The translations under genes and the position numbers were made by a program. Under the pieces are notes generated by a model, which ran no database searches, was not told the origin of the DNA, and saw only the letters and a list, made by a program, of their open reading frames with translations. A stretch of 24,000 nt of DNA from Coriobacteriia bacterium (GTDB taxonomy: Bacteria > Actinomycetota > Coriobacteriia > Anaerosomatales > PALSA-660): NCBI GenBank assembly GCA_036508075.1, contig DATCIA010000105.1:9994-33993 (forward strand), read 5' to 3'. Of this stretch, positions 14,075-21,825 are shown piece by piece (positions within the stretch are counted from its first letter, which is position 1; every line of letters starts with the position of its first letter).

Positions 14075-15364
14075 CTACTCGCCCGTGCTCGCGGGAGCGG
14101 CGCCGTCGGACGCTCCCCCTCCGCCGCCGCGACGGCGACGCCGGCGCTTCGGAGCGGAGGACGTTGCCGCGCCCGAGGGAGCCGACTGCGGCTTCGGCGT
14201 ATTCGTCGGTGCGCCCTTGGGCTGCTTGTTCCCGGAGCGCGAGCGCCTCGGCTTCTGAGCTGCGGGAGTCGCCGCGGCCGGAGCCGCGCTTTCGGCACCG
14301 CCGCCTCCGCCACCCCGACGCCTGCGGCGGCGGCTGGAGCCGGTCCGCTCGGGCTCGAGGTCGGACGCGGCCGGGGCCGCGGGCGCGTCGGTGGAGCTCG
14401 GCGCGACGACGGTCGACCGACGGTTGCTCGATTCGGTGAGCTTGCGCTCGCGCGGCTGGATGACCGACGAGTTGGAGAAGTCGATCCCCATCGAGGCGAT
14501 CGAGCGTTCGAGCGCCTCGGCCTTGACCGCGCACGGGCATCCGGCCCCGTGTCCGCCCTTGCCGCCGCAACCGCACTCCATCTCGTCCAGCCCGAAGGTG
14601 ACGCGGGTGCCGTCCTCCTTGCGCATGGTGATGCGCTCGCGCGGCGTGTCCATGTCGACCACCTTGGCGAGCTGGTCGCCCACGCTCACGATCGCGCCCT
14701 TCTTGGGGGCCCGGCTGTGGAAATCCTTGTAGGCGTCGTACTCGTAGCGAAGACAGCACATCAGCCGGCCGCACAGCCCCGAGATCTTCAGCGGGTTGAG
14801 CGGAAGGTCCTGCTCTTTGGCCATGCGGATCGAGACGGGCTGGAACTCGCCGCCGAAGCGCACGCAGCACAGCTGCTCGCCGCAGTGCCCGAGCCCTCCG
14901 ACCATGCGGGCCTCGTCACGCACGCCGATCTGGCGCATGTCGACCCGCAGCCTGAACTTGGACGCGAGGTCGCGGACCAGTTCTCGGAAGTCGATCCGCT
15001 CCTCGGCCACGAAGTAGAAGATCGCACGCTCGTCGTCGAAGAGGAACTCGACGTCGGTGGGCTTCATCTCGAGCTTGTGCTGGGCCACCAACGCACGGTA
15101 GACCGGCATGGCCGCACGCTCGCTCGCGTGCAGCTCCGCCGCCTTCGCGATGTCGGCGGGCGTCGCGACGCGCACGAGACGGTTGGAGACTTCGGGCAGC
15201 TCGTGCGGCCCGCGCTCATGTGCGGCGCGGCTGACGCGTCCGAGTTCCGTTCCACGCTCGGTGCTGACAACGACGACGTCGTCCACATGAAGATCGAAAT
15301 CCGCGGGATCAAACGGCACCGCGGACGCTGCGTTCCTTAGGGTGATTCCCACGATCGTGGGCAT
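14075..15364 (-). CDS. ricT: PSP1-domain protein (RicT/YaaT-like) with a ~120-aa low-complexity R/G/P/A-rich C-terminal tail
   Basis: The N-terminus MPTIVGITLRNAASAVPFDP resembles B. subtilis YaaT (recalled). The PSP1 core includes DVEFLFDDERAIFYFVAEERIDFRELVRDLASKFRLRVDMRQIGVRDEARMVGGLGHCGEQLCC and the Cys cluster GLCGRLMCCLRYEY. ATG 15364 overlaps the holB 3' end by 28 nt. Confidence 0.88.
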   Translation of the reverse strand: MPTIVGITLRNAASAVPFDPADFDLHVDDVVVVSTERGTELGRVSRAAHERGPHELPEVSNRLVRVATPADIAKAAELHASERAAMPVYRALVAQHKLEMKPTDVEFLFDDERAIFYFVAEERIDFRELVRDLASKFRLRVDMRQIGVRDEARMVGGLGHCGEQLCCVRFGGEFQPVSIRMAKEQDLPLNPLKISGLCGRLMCCLRYEYDAYKDFHSRAPKKGAIVSVGDQLAKVVDMDTPRERITMRKEDGTRVTFGLDEMECGCGGKGGHGAGCPCAVKAEALERSIASMGIDFSNSSVIQPRERKLTESSNRRSTVVAPSSTDAPAAPAASDLEPERTGSSRRRRRRGGGGGGAESAAPAAATPAAQKPRRSRSGNKQPKGAPTNTPKPQSAPSGAATSSAPKRRRRRRGGGGGASDGAAPASTGE

Positions 15365-16482
15365 ACACGTGCCTCCTGTATCTCGAACAGCATGGCCTCG
15401 ACGGCCAGCTGGGGGCTCACATTATACGAGACGCGGCGCCGGGCGCGGCGGACCGCTTCCAGAGCCTCTTCGACGGCCGCCGGACTCATGCAGTCCCCGG
15501 CCACCGCTATGTCGTCCGCGGCGTCGCGATTCGCGATGTGCGCGCCCGCTCCGACCGACGACGCGAGCGCGTCGCGCAGCCAGCTCTCCGCTATCGCGAA
15601 CAGCTCTGCGACCGACTCCCGCTCGCGCGCCGTCAACTCGCGCTTGTTGCGCGCTTCTACGTCCTTGACCTGCGCCTGGCGTCCCATGAACTCGACGCGC
15701 TCGCGCATCTCGCTCTCCTGGCGCGCCTTGACGTCCTCGAGCGGCGCGCGCACCGCTTTGAGCAGTTCCCGTGCCGAGACCAACACATCGCGCCCGTCCA
15801 TGACCGGCAGGTCGCGCATCACGGAGAGCATCGCGGCCCTCCCCTCCTTGCGCTGCGGGCTGCGCAGGAACTCCAGAGCGCGGGGTGCGATGCCCGAGGA
15901 TGCGGCGAGCGCGGCACGGGCCTCGTCCACGCCGGCGCCCGTCCGCTCCGCCAACAGAGCGACGGCGTGCGACGGTGAGAGCAACGCGAAGCGGACGACC
16001 TGGCAGCGCGAGACTATCGTCGGCAGCACGGAATCGTAGTCGTCGGTGAGCAGCACGATGCGCACGGACGGGGGCGGTTCCTCGAGCGCCTTGAGGAACG
16101 CATTGGCCGACGAGTCACCGAGCGCCTCGGCGTGCTTGATGATGTAGACCTTCGCGTGCCCGTCGGCCGGAGCGAGCCACATGTCGGGCACCAGCTCGTC
16201 ACGGACCTGCTCGACGAGGTAGGTCGCCGCTCCCAGCGGCTCCACCACGCGGACGTCCGGGTGCGCGCCCCTGCGCACGCGCGCGCACGCGGGACACGTG
16301 CCGCAGCCCAGGTCGTCGCAGATGAACGCGCAGGCGAGCGCCGTCGCGGCCGTGAGCTTGCCCGACCCCATGGGGCCGACGAACAGGTAGGCGTGAGAGG
16401 TCGAGCCGTTGGTCACGGCGGCACGCAGATAGCCCGCCACCCGGTCCTGGCCGACGAGCTCGTCGAAGACGGAGGCGGTCAC
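15337..16482 (-). CDS. holB: DNA polymerase III subunit delta'
   Basis: HAYLFVGPMGSGK (Walker A-like), the CGTCPACARV Zn module, ANAFLKALEEPP and TIVSRCQ (sensor/SRC motif). GTG 16482 forms a GTGA overlap with the tmk stop. Confidence 0.9.
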   Translation of the reverse strand: MTASVFDELVGQDRVAGYLRAAVTNGSTSHAYLFVGPMGSGKLTAATALACAFICDDLGCGTCPACARVRRGAHPDVRVVEPLGAATYLVEQVRDELVPDMWLAPADGHAKVYIIKHAEALGDSSANAFLKALEEPPPSVRIVLLTDDYDSVLPTIVSRCQVVRFALLSPSHAVALLAERTGAGVDEARAALAASSGIAPRALEFLRSPQRKEGRAAMLSVMRDLPVMDGRDVLVSARELLKAVRAPLEDVKARQESEMRERVEFMGRQAQVKDVEARNKRELTARERESVAELFAIAESWLRDALASSVGAGAHIANRDAADDIAVAGDCMSPAAVEEALEAVRRARRRVSYNVSPQLAVEAMLFEIQEARVCPRSWESP

Positions 16483-17129
16483 GACCGCGTCCGGCCGGAG
16501 GTCGCGCGCTCACCCGCCGGGTGCGCGCTGACGGCGGCCCACACGCGCTCGGCGACGTCTTCGACCGTGCCCGAGGCGTCCACGGTCACGAAGCGCTGCG
16601 GCTCGGCGGCGGCGATCTCGGTGAACCCGGCGATCACGGCGCGGTGGAACTCGATCGACTCGGCCTCGATGCGGTCGGCGCCGCCCGTGGTGGCGCGCCG
16701 CAGGGCCTCGCCCGTCTCCAGGGACAGCAGGACGGTGAGGTCGGGACGAACACCCCCGGTGGCGGCGAGGTTCAGGGTTCGGACCATCTCCGCACCGAGT
16801 CCGCGGCCATAGCCCTGGTATGCGGTGGAGGAGTCGAAGAAGCGGTCGCACACGACGACCTCGCCGCGCCCGAGCGCCGGGACGATCACGGTAGCGGTGA
16901 GCTCGGCGCGCGCGGCCTCGTAGAGCAGCAGCTCGGCGCGCGGCGAGATGGTGAAACCGGGGTGGTCGAGCACGATGGCGCGCACGCGGTCGCCCACAGG
17001 CGTGCCGCCGGGCTCGCGGAGCTCGAGCACGGTGGCCCCGGCCGCGCGCAGACGCTCGGCCAGCAACCCGGCCTGCGTCGACTTGCCGACGCCCTCGCCG
17101 CCCTCGATGGTGATGAACTGTCCGCTCAC
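16479..17129 (-). CDS. tmk: dTMP (thymidylate) kinase
   Basis: GQFITIEGGEGVGKSTQ P-loop, REPGGTP, and DRFFDSSTAYQGYGRGL. I prefer GTG 17129 (GTGA overlap with the upstream stop). GTG 17141, as in the track, is the alternative. Confidence 0.9.
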   Translation of the reverse strand: MSGQFITIEGGEGVGKSTQAGLLAERLRAAGATVLELREPGGTPVGDRVRAIVLDHPGFTISPRAELLLYEAARAELTATVIVPALGRGEVVVCDRFFDSSTAYQGYGRGLGAEMVRTLNLAATGGVRPDLTVLLSLETGEALRRATTGGADRIEAESIEFHRAVIAGFTEIAAAEPQRFVTVDASGTVEDVAERVWAAVSAHPAGERATSGRTRS

Positions 17130-17674
17130 GATGTCCTCCACGCCGCCGGGGCCTCAGCGTAGAGGTCGGCGCCGAGGGTGTCGATGGCGACGAACACGGG
17201 GAAGCGCTCGAAGGTGATGCGCCGCAGCGCCTCGGTGCCCAGTTCGGGCCAGGCGACGACCTCGGAAGCGGTGACGTGCCGGGCCAGCAGCGCGGCGGCC
17301 CCGCCGACGGCGGCGAAGTAGACGGACCCGGTGGCGACGCAGGCGGCGACGACCTCCGCCGAGCGCGCGCCCTTGCCGATCGTGGCGACGATGCCGGCGC
17401 GCAGCAGCGCCGGCGTCCAGAGGTCCATGCGCTTGGCGGTGGTGGGTCCGATGGCTCCCGCGGGACGGCCCGCGGCCGGAGGTGTGGGGCCGGCGTAGAA
17501 CAGCGTCGCGCCGGCGAGCCCGAACGGCAGCTCATCGTCGCGTTCGAGCGCGATGGTGAGCAGTGCGTGCCCGGCGTCGCGCGCGGTGTAGACAGCGCCC
17601 GTGAGCGCGACCTCGTCGCCCGCGCGCAGGCTCGCCACGTCCTCACGCGTCAGCGGGAGCGTCAGCTCACGCAT
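17126..17674 (-). CDS. Class I (Fe-S) fumarate hydratase / tartrate dehydratase family, beta subunit
   Basis: 182 aa with GAVYTARDAGH, FYAGPTP, GPTTAKRMD, TIGKG and FAAVGGAAAL, typical of the FumA C-terminal / TtdB domain. ATG 17674 has GGAGG 6 nt upstream and overlaps the MFS stop by 8 nt. Confidence 0.87.
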   Translation of the reverse strand: MRELTLPLTREDVASLRAGDEVALTGAVYTARDAGHALLTIALERDDELPFGLAGATLFYAGPTPPAAGRPAGAIGPTTAKRMDLWTPALLRAGIVATIGKGARSAEVVAACVATGSVYFAAVGGAAALLARHVTASEVVAWPELGTEALRRITFERFPVFVAIDTLGADLYAEAPAAWRTS

Positions 17675-19178
17675 CGGAGGCCTCCGTGCCCGGGCGCTTG
17701 GCGCGCCAGTCGATCGCGCGCGATGCGTAGACCGCGGCCCCGAGCACGATGGCGGAAGCGAACAGCAGGGTGATGCGAGGGCCCGTGAGCACGAGACGCG
17801 CAGGATCGCCGCCCGACGCGGTGACGACGCTGCGGACGATGCCGCCCACGATGTCCCCCACCGGGGCGGTCAGCACCATCGAGCCCAGCAACGCGACCCG
17901 GATGATCGACTCGAGCGCCGCGAAGATCCTGCCGCGCACCTCGTCGACGACGGTCTCGGAGACGTAGGTGTTGCCGGCCACCGTCACCCCTGCGAGGAAG
18001 AAGCCCGCTCCGGTGCCGAACACGGCCGCTATCCAGTAGATCCCGACCGACGAGAAGCCGAGCATCGACAGCCCGAAGCCGGCGATACCGGCCACGAACA
18101 GCAGCTCGAGCGAGAGGCGCTGGGCGATGCGCGGGACGGTGACCGCCCCGATGAACATCCCCAGGCCCAGGAACACGAGCATGAAGGTCTGGGGCGCCTG
18201 GGTGGCCACGCGCTGGATCGGCGGTACCAGGTCGAGGAACGGGATGCCGCCGACCAGGTTCGACTGCACGTAGACCAGCCCGACGGACACGATAGCGCCG
18301 CCGCCGAGGATCGCGAAGCCCACCGAGAGCAGGAACGCGCGCAGCTCCTTGTGGTCGCGCAGGATCTCCCACGACTCGATGACGTCCTTGCCCATGAGCC
18401 GCAGGTCGAGTGCGCGCTCGCGGCGTTCCATCCGCTTGACCCGGATGGTCGCGATCATCGCGGCCGAGAGCATGAACGAGAAGAAGTCGAGCACGATGCC
18501 GCCCTGCGGGCCCGCGAGGTCGGGATAGCTCGCCACGAATCCCGAGAAGAACGGCACCTGCGCCGCGATGATCAGCTTCAGCAGCGCCGCGAACACCGCG
18601 ATGAAGGCGCCCGAGGCGAGCAGGCCGACGAGCATGCTCGCCTGCTGGGTGGTGTAGGACATGCCGTTGGCGGCGGCGAGGTCGCGGTCCTCGACGATCA
18701 TCGGGATGATCGCGTTCTTCGCCGGCACGAACAGCAGGTTGCAGATCTCCATCATGAACGTGATCGAGTAGATGAGTGCGAGTGCGACGCCGGCGGGCAC
18801 CAGGCCCGGGATGCTCGCCCCGAGCAGACCGAGGCACAGCACGCCGTTGATGATGTCGCACGCGATCATCAGCCTGCGCCGGTCGAAGCGGTCGACCAGC
18901 ACACCGAGCACGGAGCCGATCAGCAGCGACGGGATGATCTTGGCGATCATGATGCCCGCCACGGCCATCGACGAGCCCGGGGCCAGCTTGGTGACCAGCG
19001 GGATCAGGAGGCCGATGACCAGCCAGTCGCCCACGCCCGAGATGGTCTGGCCGATCCAGAGGTTGCGGAAGCTGCGGTTGGACAGCAGCCGCCGGTACCC
19101 GCCGTTGGCGGTGAGGGCCGACTCGGAGCCCGCGGGCGCCTCGCCGATCCCGGTTGTCATGTGGTCCTCGAGCGTCAT
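17667..19178 (-). CDS. MFS transporter (MFS_3 / DUF894-like, ~12 TM, 503 aa)
   Basis: FRNLWIGQTISGVGDWL and GVLVDRFDRRRLM (the loop 2-3 motif of this MFS branch), with hydrophobic segments throughout. ATG 19178 forms an ATGA overlap with the alpha-subunit stop. Confidence 0.87.
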   Translation of the reverse strand: MTLEDHMTTGIGEAPAGSESALTANGGYRRLLSNRSFRNLWIGQTISGVGDWLVIGLLIPLVTKLAPGSSMAVAGIMIAKIIPSLLIGSVLGVLVDRFDRRRLMIACDIINGVLCLGLLGASIPGLVPAGVALALIYSITFMMEICNLLFVPAKNAIIPMIVEDRDLAAANGMSYTTQQASMLVGLLASGAFIAVFAALLKLIIAAQVPFFSGFVASYPDLAGPQGGIVLDFFSFMLSAAMIATIRVKRMERRERALDLRLMGKDVIESWEILRDHKELRAFLLSVGFAILGGGAIVSVGLVYVQSNLVGGIPFLDLVPPIQRVATQAPQTFMLVFLGLGMFIGAVTVPRIAQRLSLELLFVAGIAGFGLSMLGFSSVGIYWIAAVFGTGAGFFLAGVTVAGNTYVSETVVDEVRGRIFAALESIIRVALLGSMVLTAPVGDIVGGIVRSVVTASGGDPARLVLTGPRITLLFASAIVLGAAVYASRAIDWRAKRPGTEASDA

Positions 19179-20014
19179 GCGATCTCCCGATGGGCGGAGC
19201 GCACGGCGCAGCAGCCCAGGTTGACGGCCACGGGCAACGCTGCGATGTGGCACGGGGCGGTCACGACGTGGACGGCCAGGGCCGTCGCTCGCCCGCCGAG
19301 ACCGGCGGGGCCGATCCCGGTGGCGTTGATCTCACGGAGCAGCGCCGACTCGAGGCCCTCGGCCCAGGTGCTCTCGGCCGGCGATCCGACCTCGCGCAGC
19401 AGCGCCTTCTTGGCGAGAGCGGCGACGGTGTCGAAGGTACCGCCGACGGCGACGCCCACGAGAAGCGGCGGACAGGCGCCGGTTGCCTTGGCCTGCACCG
19501 TCTCGAGGACGAAGCGGCGCACGCCGTCGATGCCGGCGGACGGGGGCAGCATCGCGAGCGCGCTCGCGTTGTCGCTTCCGCCGCCCTTGAGCATGACGTC
19601 GACCTCGGCGCCCGTTCCCGGACGCAGCGCGACGGTCAGGATCGCGGGCGTGTTGTCGGAGGTGTTCGTGCGATCGAACAGCGCGTCGCGCACCATGGAC
19701 ATCCGCAGGCCGTTGGCGAGATAGGCGCCCGAGACTGCCTCGTCCGCGACTGCCTGCAGATCGCCCGGCAGCGGCTGATCCACGCCGAGCGTCAGGCGCA
19801 CCCACGCGCTGCCGGTGTCCTGGCACAGCGGCACCCGGTCGGCGCACGCGATGTCGGAGTTCTCGAGCAGCTGATCGAGCACGGCACGGCCGCGCTCGGA
19901 GGGCTCGGTGTCGAGTGCGGCAAGCAGGGCGGCGCGAACGTCGGCGCGCAGGGTGACGGCGGCCTCACCGACCGCGGACGAGATCGCCTCAACGAGCGCC
20001 GCGCGGGTCACCAT
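19175..20014 (-). CDS. Class I (Fe-S) fumarate hydratase / tartrate dehydratase family, alpha subunit
   Basis: 279 aa with PLCQDTG, MLKGGGSDN, ACPPLLVGVAVGGT and GIGPAGLGG, matching the FumA N-terminal / TtdA domain. ATG 20014 shares 1 nt with the mdh TGA. The track ORF up to 21235 is an overextension across mdh. Confidence 0.87.
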   Translation of the reverse strand: MVTRAALVEAISSAVGEAAVTLRADVRAALLAALDTEPSERGRAVLDQLLENSDIACADRVPLCQDTGSAWVRLTLGVDQPLPGDLQAVADEAVSGAYLANGLRMSMVRDALFDRTNTSDNTPAILTVALRPGTGAEVDVMLKGGGSDNASALAMLPPSAGIDGVRRFVLETVQAKATGACPPLLVGVAVGGTFDTVAALAKKALLREVGSPAESTWAEGLESALLREINATGIGPAGLGGRATALAVHVVTAPCHIAALPVAVNLGCCAVRSAHREIA

Positions 20015-20952
20015 CACTTGCCCGCCGACTCCAGCGCGGCGATCTGCTCGGCGATCGAGGCGGCCGACGCTTGAACGGCGGCGAGTTCCGCGGGCTCCAG
20101 CGTCAGCTCGGGGACCGAGAGCACGCCGGAGCGGCCGAGCAGCGCCGGGACGGTCATGTGGACACCGCTGACGCCGTAGGCGCCGTCGAGCCGCACGCAT
20201 GCGGGCAACACCGAGGACTCCTCGGCGAGCAGGGCCTCGACCATCGCGGCGACGGAGACGCCGGGCGCGTAGAAGGCGCTCCCGGTCTTGAGCAGCGAGA
20301 CGACCTCGGCGCCCCCGAAGACCGTGCGACGCACGACCTCGGCGACCTCCTCGGCCGGCAGCAGTTCGGTGAGCGGCCGCCCGGCGACCGTGGACAGACG
20401 CGGCAGCGGCACCATCGCGTCGCCGTGCGCCCCGACGACAAGCGCCTCGACCTCGCCGATCGACGCCCCGGTCGCCTCGGCGATGAAGTACGCGAAACGC
20501 GCGGAGTCCAGAACACCGCCCATCCCCATCACCTTGGACGACGGCAGGCCGGAGCGCTTCCAGGTCAGGTCGGTCATCACGTCGAGCGGGTTGGTCACGC
20601 ACACGAGGATGGCATCGGGAGAGGCAGCGACCGCCCGGTCTACCACCTCGCCGACGATGCGCGAGTTCACCGCGAGCAGCTCGTCGCGGGTCATGCCGGG
20701 CTTGCGCGGGATGCCCGCGGTGATCACGACGATGTCGGAGCCCACGGTGCCGGCGTAGTCGTTGGTGCCCGCGACCCGCGGCGCGAAGCGCAGCACGGAG
20801 CGGGAGTGCATCATGTCGAGCGCCTTGCCCTGCGGCAGGCCCTCGGCGACATCGATGAGCATGACGTCGGTCACGTTGCGGACGGCCAACGTGAAGGCCG
20901 CCGTCGCACCGACCTGACCGGCGCCGACGATGGTTACCTTGGGGTGCGACAC
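20014..20952 (-). CDS. mdh: Malate dehydrogenase (LDH-like MDH family)
   Basis: KVTIVGAGQVG, ITAGIPRKPGMTRDEL (Arg at the substrate-specificity position, as in MDH rather than LDH), VTNPLD, and GAHGDAMVP. GTG 20952 has GAGGAG 7 nt upstream and gives 312 aa. Confidence 0.9.
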   Translation of the reverse strand: MSHPKVTIVGAGQVGATAAFTLAVRNVTDVMLIDVAEGLPQGKALDMMHSRSVLRFAPRVAGTNDYAGTVGSDIVVITAGIPRKPGMTRDELLAVNSRIVGEVVDRAVAASPDAILVCVTNPLDVMTDLTWKRSGLPSSKVMGMGGVLDSARFAYFIAEATGASIGEVEALVVGAHGDAMVPLPRLSTVAGRPLTELLPAEEVAEVVRRTVFGGAEVVSLLKTGSAFYAPGVSVAAMVEALLAEESSVLPACVRLDGAYGVSGVHMTVPALLGRSGVLSVPELTLEPAELAAVQASAASIAEQIAALESAGK

Positions 20953-21003
20953 GGATCGGCTCCTCGCGCAGCGGACGAGCAGGACTCCCTCTAAAAGCGG
21001 CTC

Positions 21004-21056
21004 CGCGCCTCGCGCGGGTGCGCACGCTGAGGCGCGCGACTCGAAGGATTGTAGCA
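21004..21056 (-). promoter_or_regulatory. Candidate extended -10 promoter (TGCTACAAT) followed by an 8-bp GC hairpin in the mdh 5' region
   Basis: On the minus strand, TGCTACAAT lies at 21056-21048. CGCGCCTC-17 nt-GAGGCGCG spans 21036-21004, followed 7 nt later by TTTT. The element lies in the 149-nt gap between the CN-hydrolase-like gene and mdh. Confidence 0.35.
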
Positions 21057-21101
21057 TTCGGCCTCCGCGACTCCGCTTCTGCGGGCGGTCGGGGCGACCT
21101 G

Positions 21102-21779
21102 CTAGTAGGGGGCTTCCTCGGACGCGGCCGCGCGCAGCCGGGCGTGCAGAGCCAGACGCTGCTGCAGGATCGGGGCGGGTTCGGGAATCGAGCGCGGGCG
21201 CTCGGGGAAGCCCGCAGGAGCGGGGACGCGCGCAACGAAGAGGTCGTCGCCCGGTCCGCCCTCGGACACGATCTCGCCCAGATACGCGATGCCGCTCACG
21301 CCGTGGACGGAGAAGCCGCGGGCGTGCCCGTGCGCTGCCGCGACGATCACGAGCGGCGCGAGGTGGAGGCTGGCGTCGAGCGCGAGCTCGAGCGCGGCCT
21401 CGGCCTGCAGCGCGTCATCGGCGTCGAAGAGCCACACGAGCGCGTCGCACTCCAGCGCCTGGATCTCCTCGAAGCGCGCGGGGGCGATGCAGTCGTCGCC
21501 CGATAGCATGAGCGTCCGGCCGAGCCCCGTCAGGTGGGGAACGAGCGGGCCGAGCCCCTCGTGCCGCATCGCCGGGGCGACCACGGACATGCCGGGGGCA
21601 CGTTCCGCGACGTTGCGCAGGAAGGCGTCGAGCAGACCGCTCCCCCTCAGGCCCGGAACGCGCGGGTAGACCAGGACCTGGACGCCGCCCTCCGACGCCC
21701 GCTCGGACACGGCGAGCATCGCCGCGAGATCCATTCTCTCGTGGGTGCGCAGCCGGTGCTGTATGACTCCGATCCTCAT
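21102..21779 (-). CDS. Carbon-nitrogen hydrolase (nitrilase superfamily)-like protein with apparently degenerate catalytic residues
   Basis: The layout MRIGVIQ...GGVQVLVYPRVPG...GRTLMLSGDDCIAPARFEE...ECDALVWL...VIVAAAHG...HGVSGIAYLGEIV follows the CN_hydrolase pattern (MkiaLiQ / lvvfPE / iCyD..FPE / G.S.I..p.G.i). At only 225 aa it is short, has R where the catalytic E is expected, and shows no obvious Lys segment. ATG 21779 has AGGGGA 6 nt upstream. Confidence 0.45.
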   Translation of the reverse strand: MRIGVIQHRLRTHERMDLAAMLAVSERASEGGVQVLVYPRVPGLRGSGLLDAFLRNVAERAPGMSVVAPAMRHEGLGPLVPHLTGLGRTLMLSGDDCIAPARFEEIQALECDALVWLFDADDALQAEAALELALDASLHLAPLVIVAAAHGHARGFSVHGVSGIAYLGEIVSEGGPGDDLFVARVPAPAGFPERPRSIPEPAPILQQRLALHARLRAAASEEAPY

Positions 21780-21825
21780 GCCCGATCCCCTGTCATCGGC
21801 ATGCGGTCCGCTCCCGCCACCGGGG

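Noticed and set aside
14097-14335. Repetitive GC-rich DNA (ccgccgcc / gcggcggc runs) as a possible CRISPR or tandem-repeat locus
   Set aside because: It is the coding sequence for the R6-G5/6 blocks of the PSP1 tail. There is no regular repeat-spacer periodicity.
13970-15340. 456-aa plus-strand ORF, plus further long plus-strand ORFs (10-933, 557-1444, 6081-7463, 20071-20994)
   Set aside because: All are antisense to well-supported minus-strand genes (PSP1, nuoL/K, capA, mdh) and have arginine/proline-rich nonsense-like translations.
17601-19724. 707-aa plus-strand ORF
   Set aside because: It is antisense to the MFS and hydratase genes. The translation is R/D/H/E/G-rich low complexity, typical of the open antisense frame in high-GC DNA. 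The opposite strand encodes recognisable proteins.
21035-21073. Direct 8-mer repeat CGCGACTC x2 as a regulator binding site
   Set aside because: An 8-mer recurring once within 150 nt of GC-rich DNA is not improbable by chance. It is noted only inside the mdh upstream finding.
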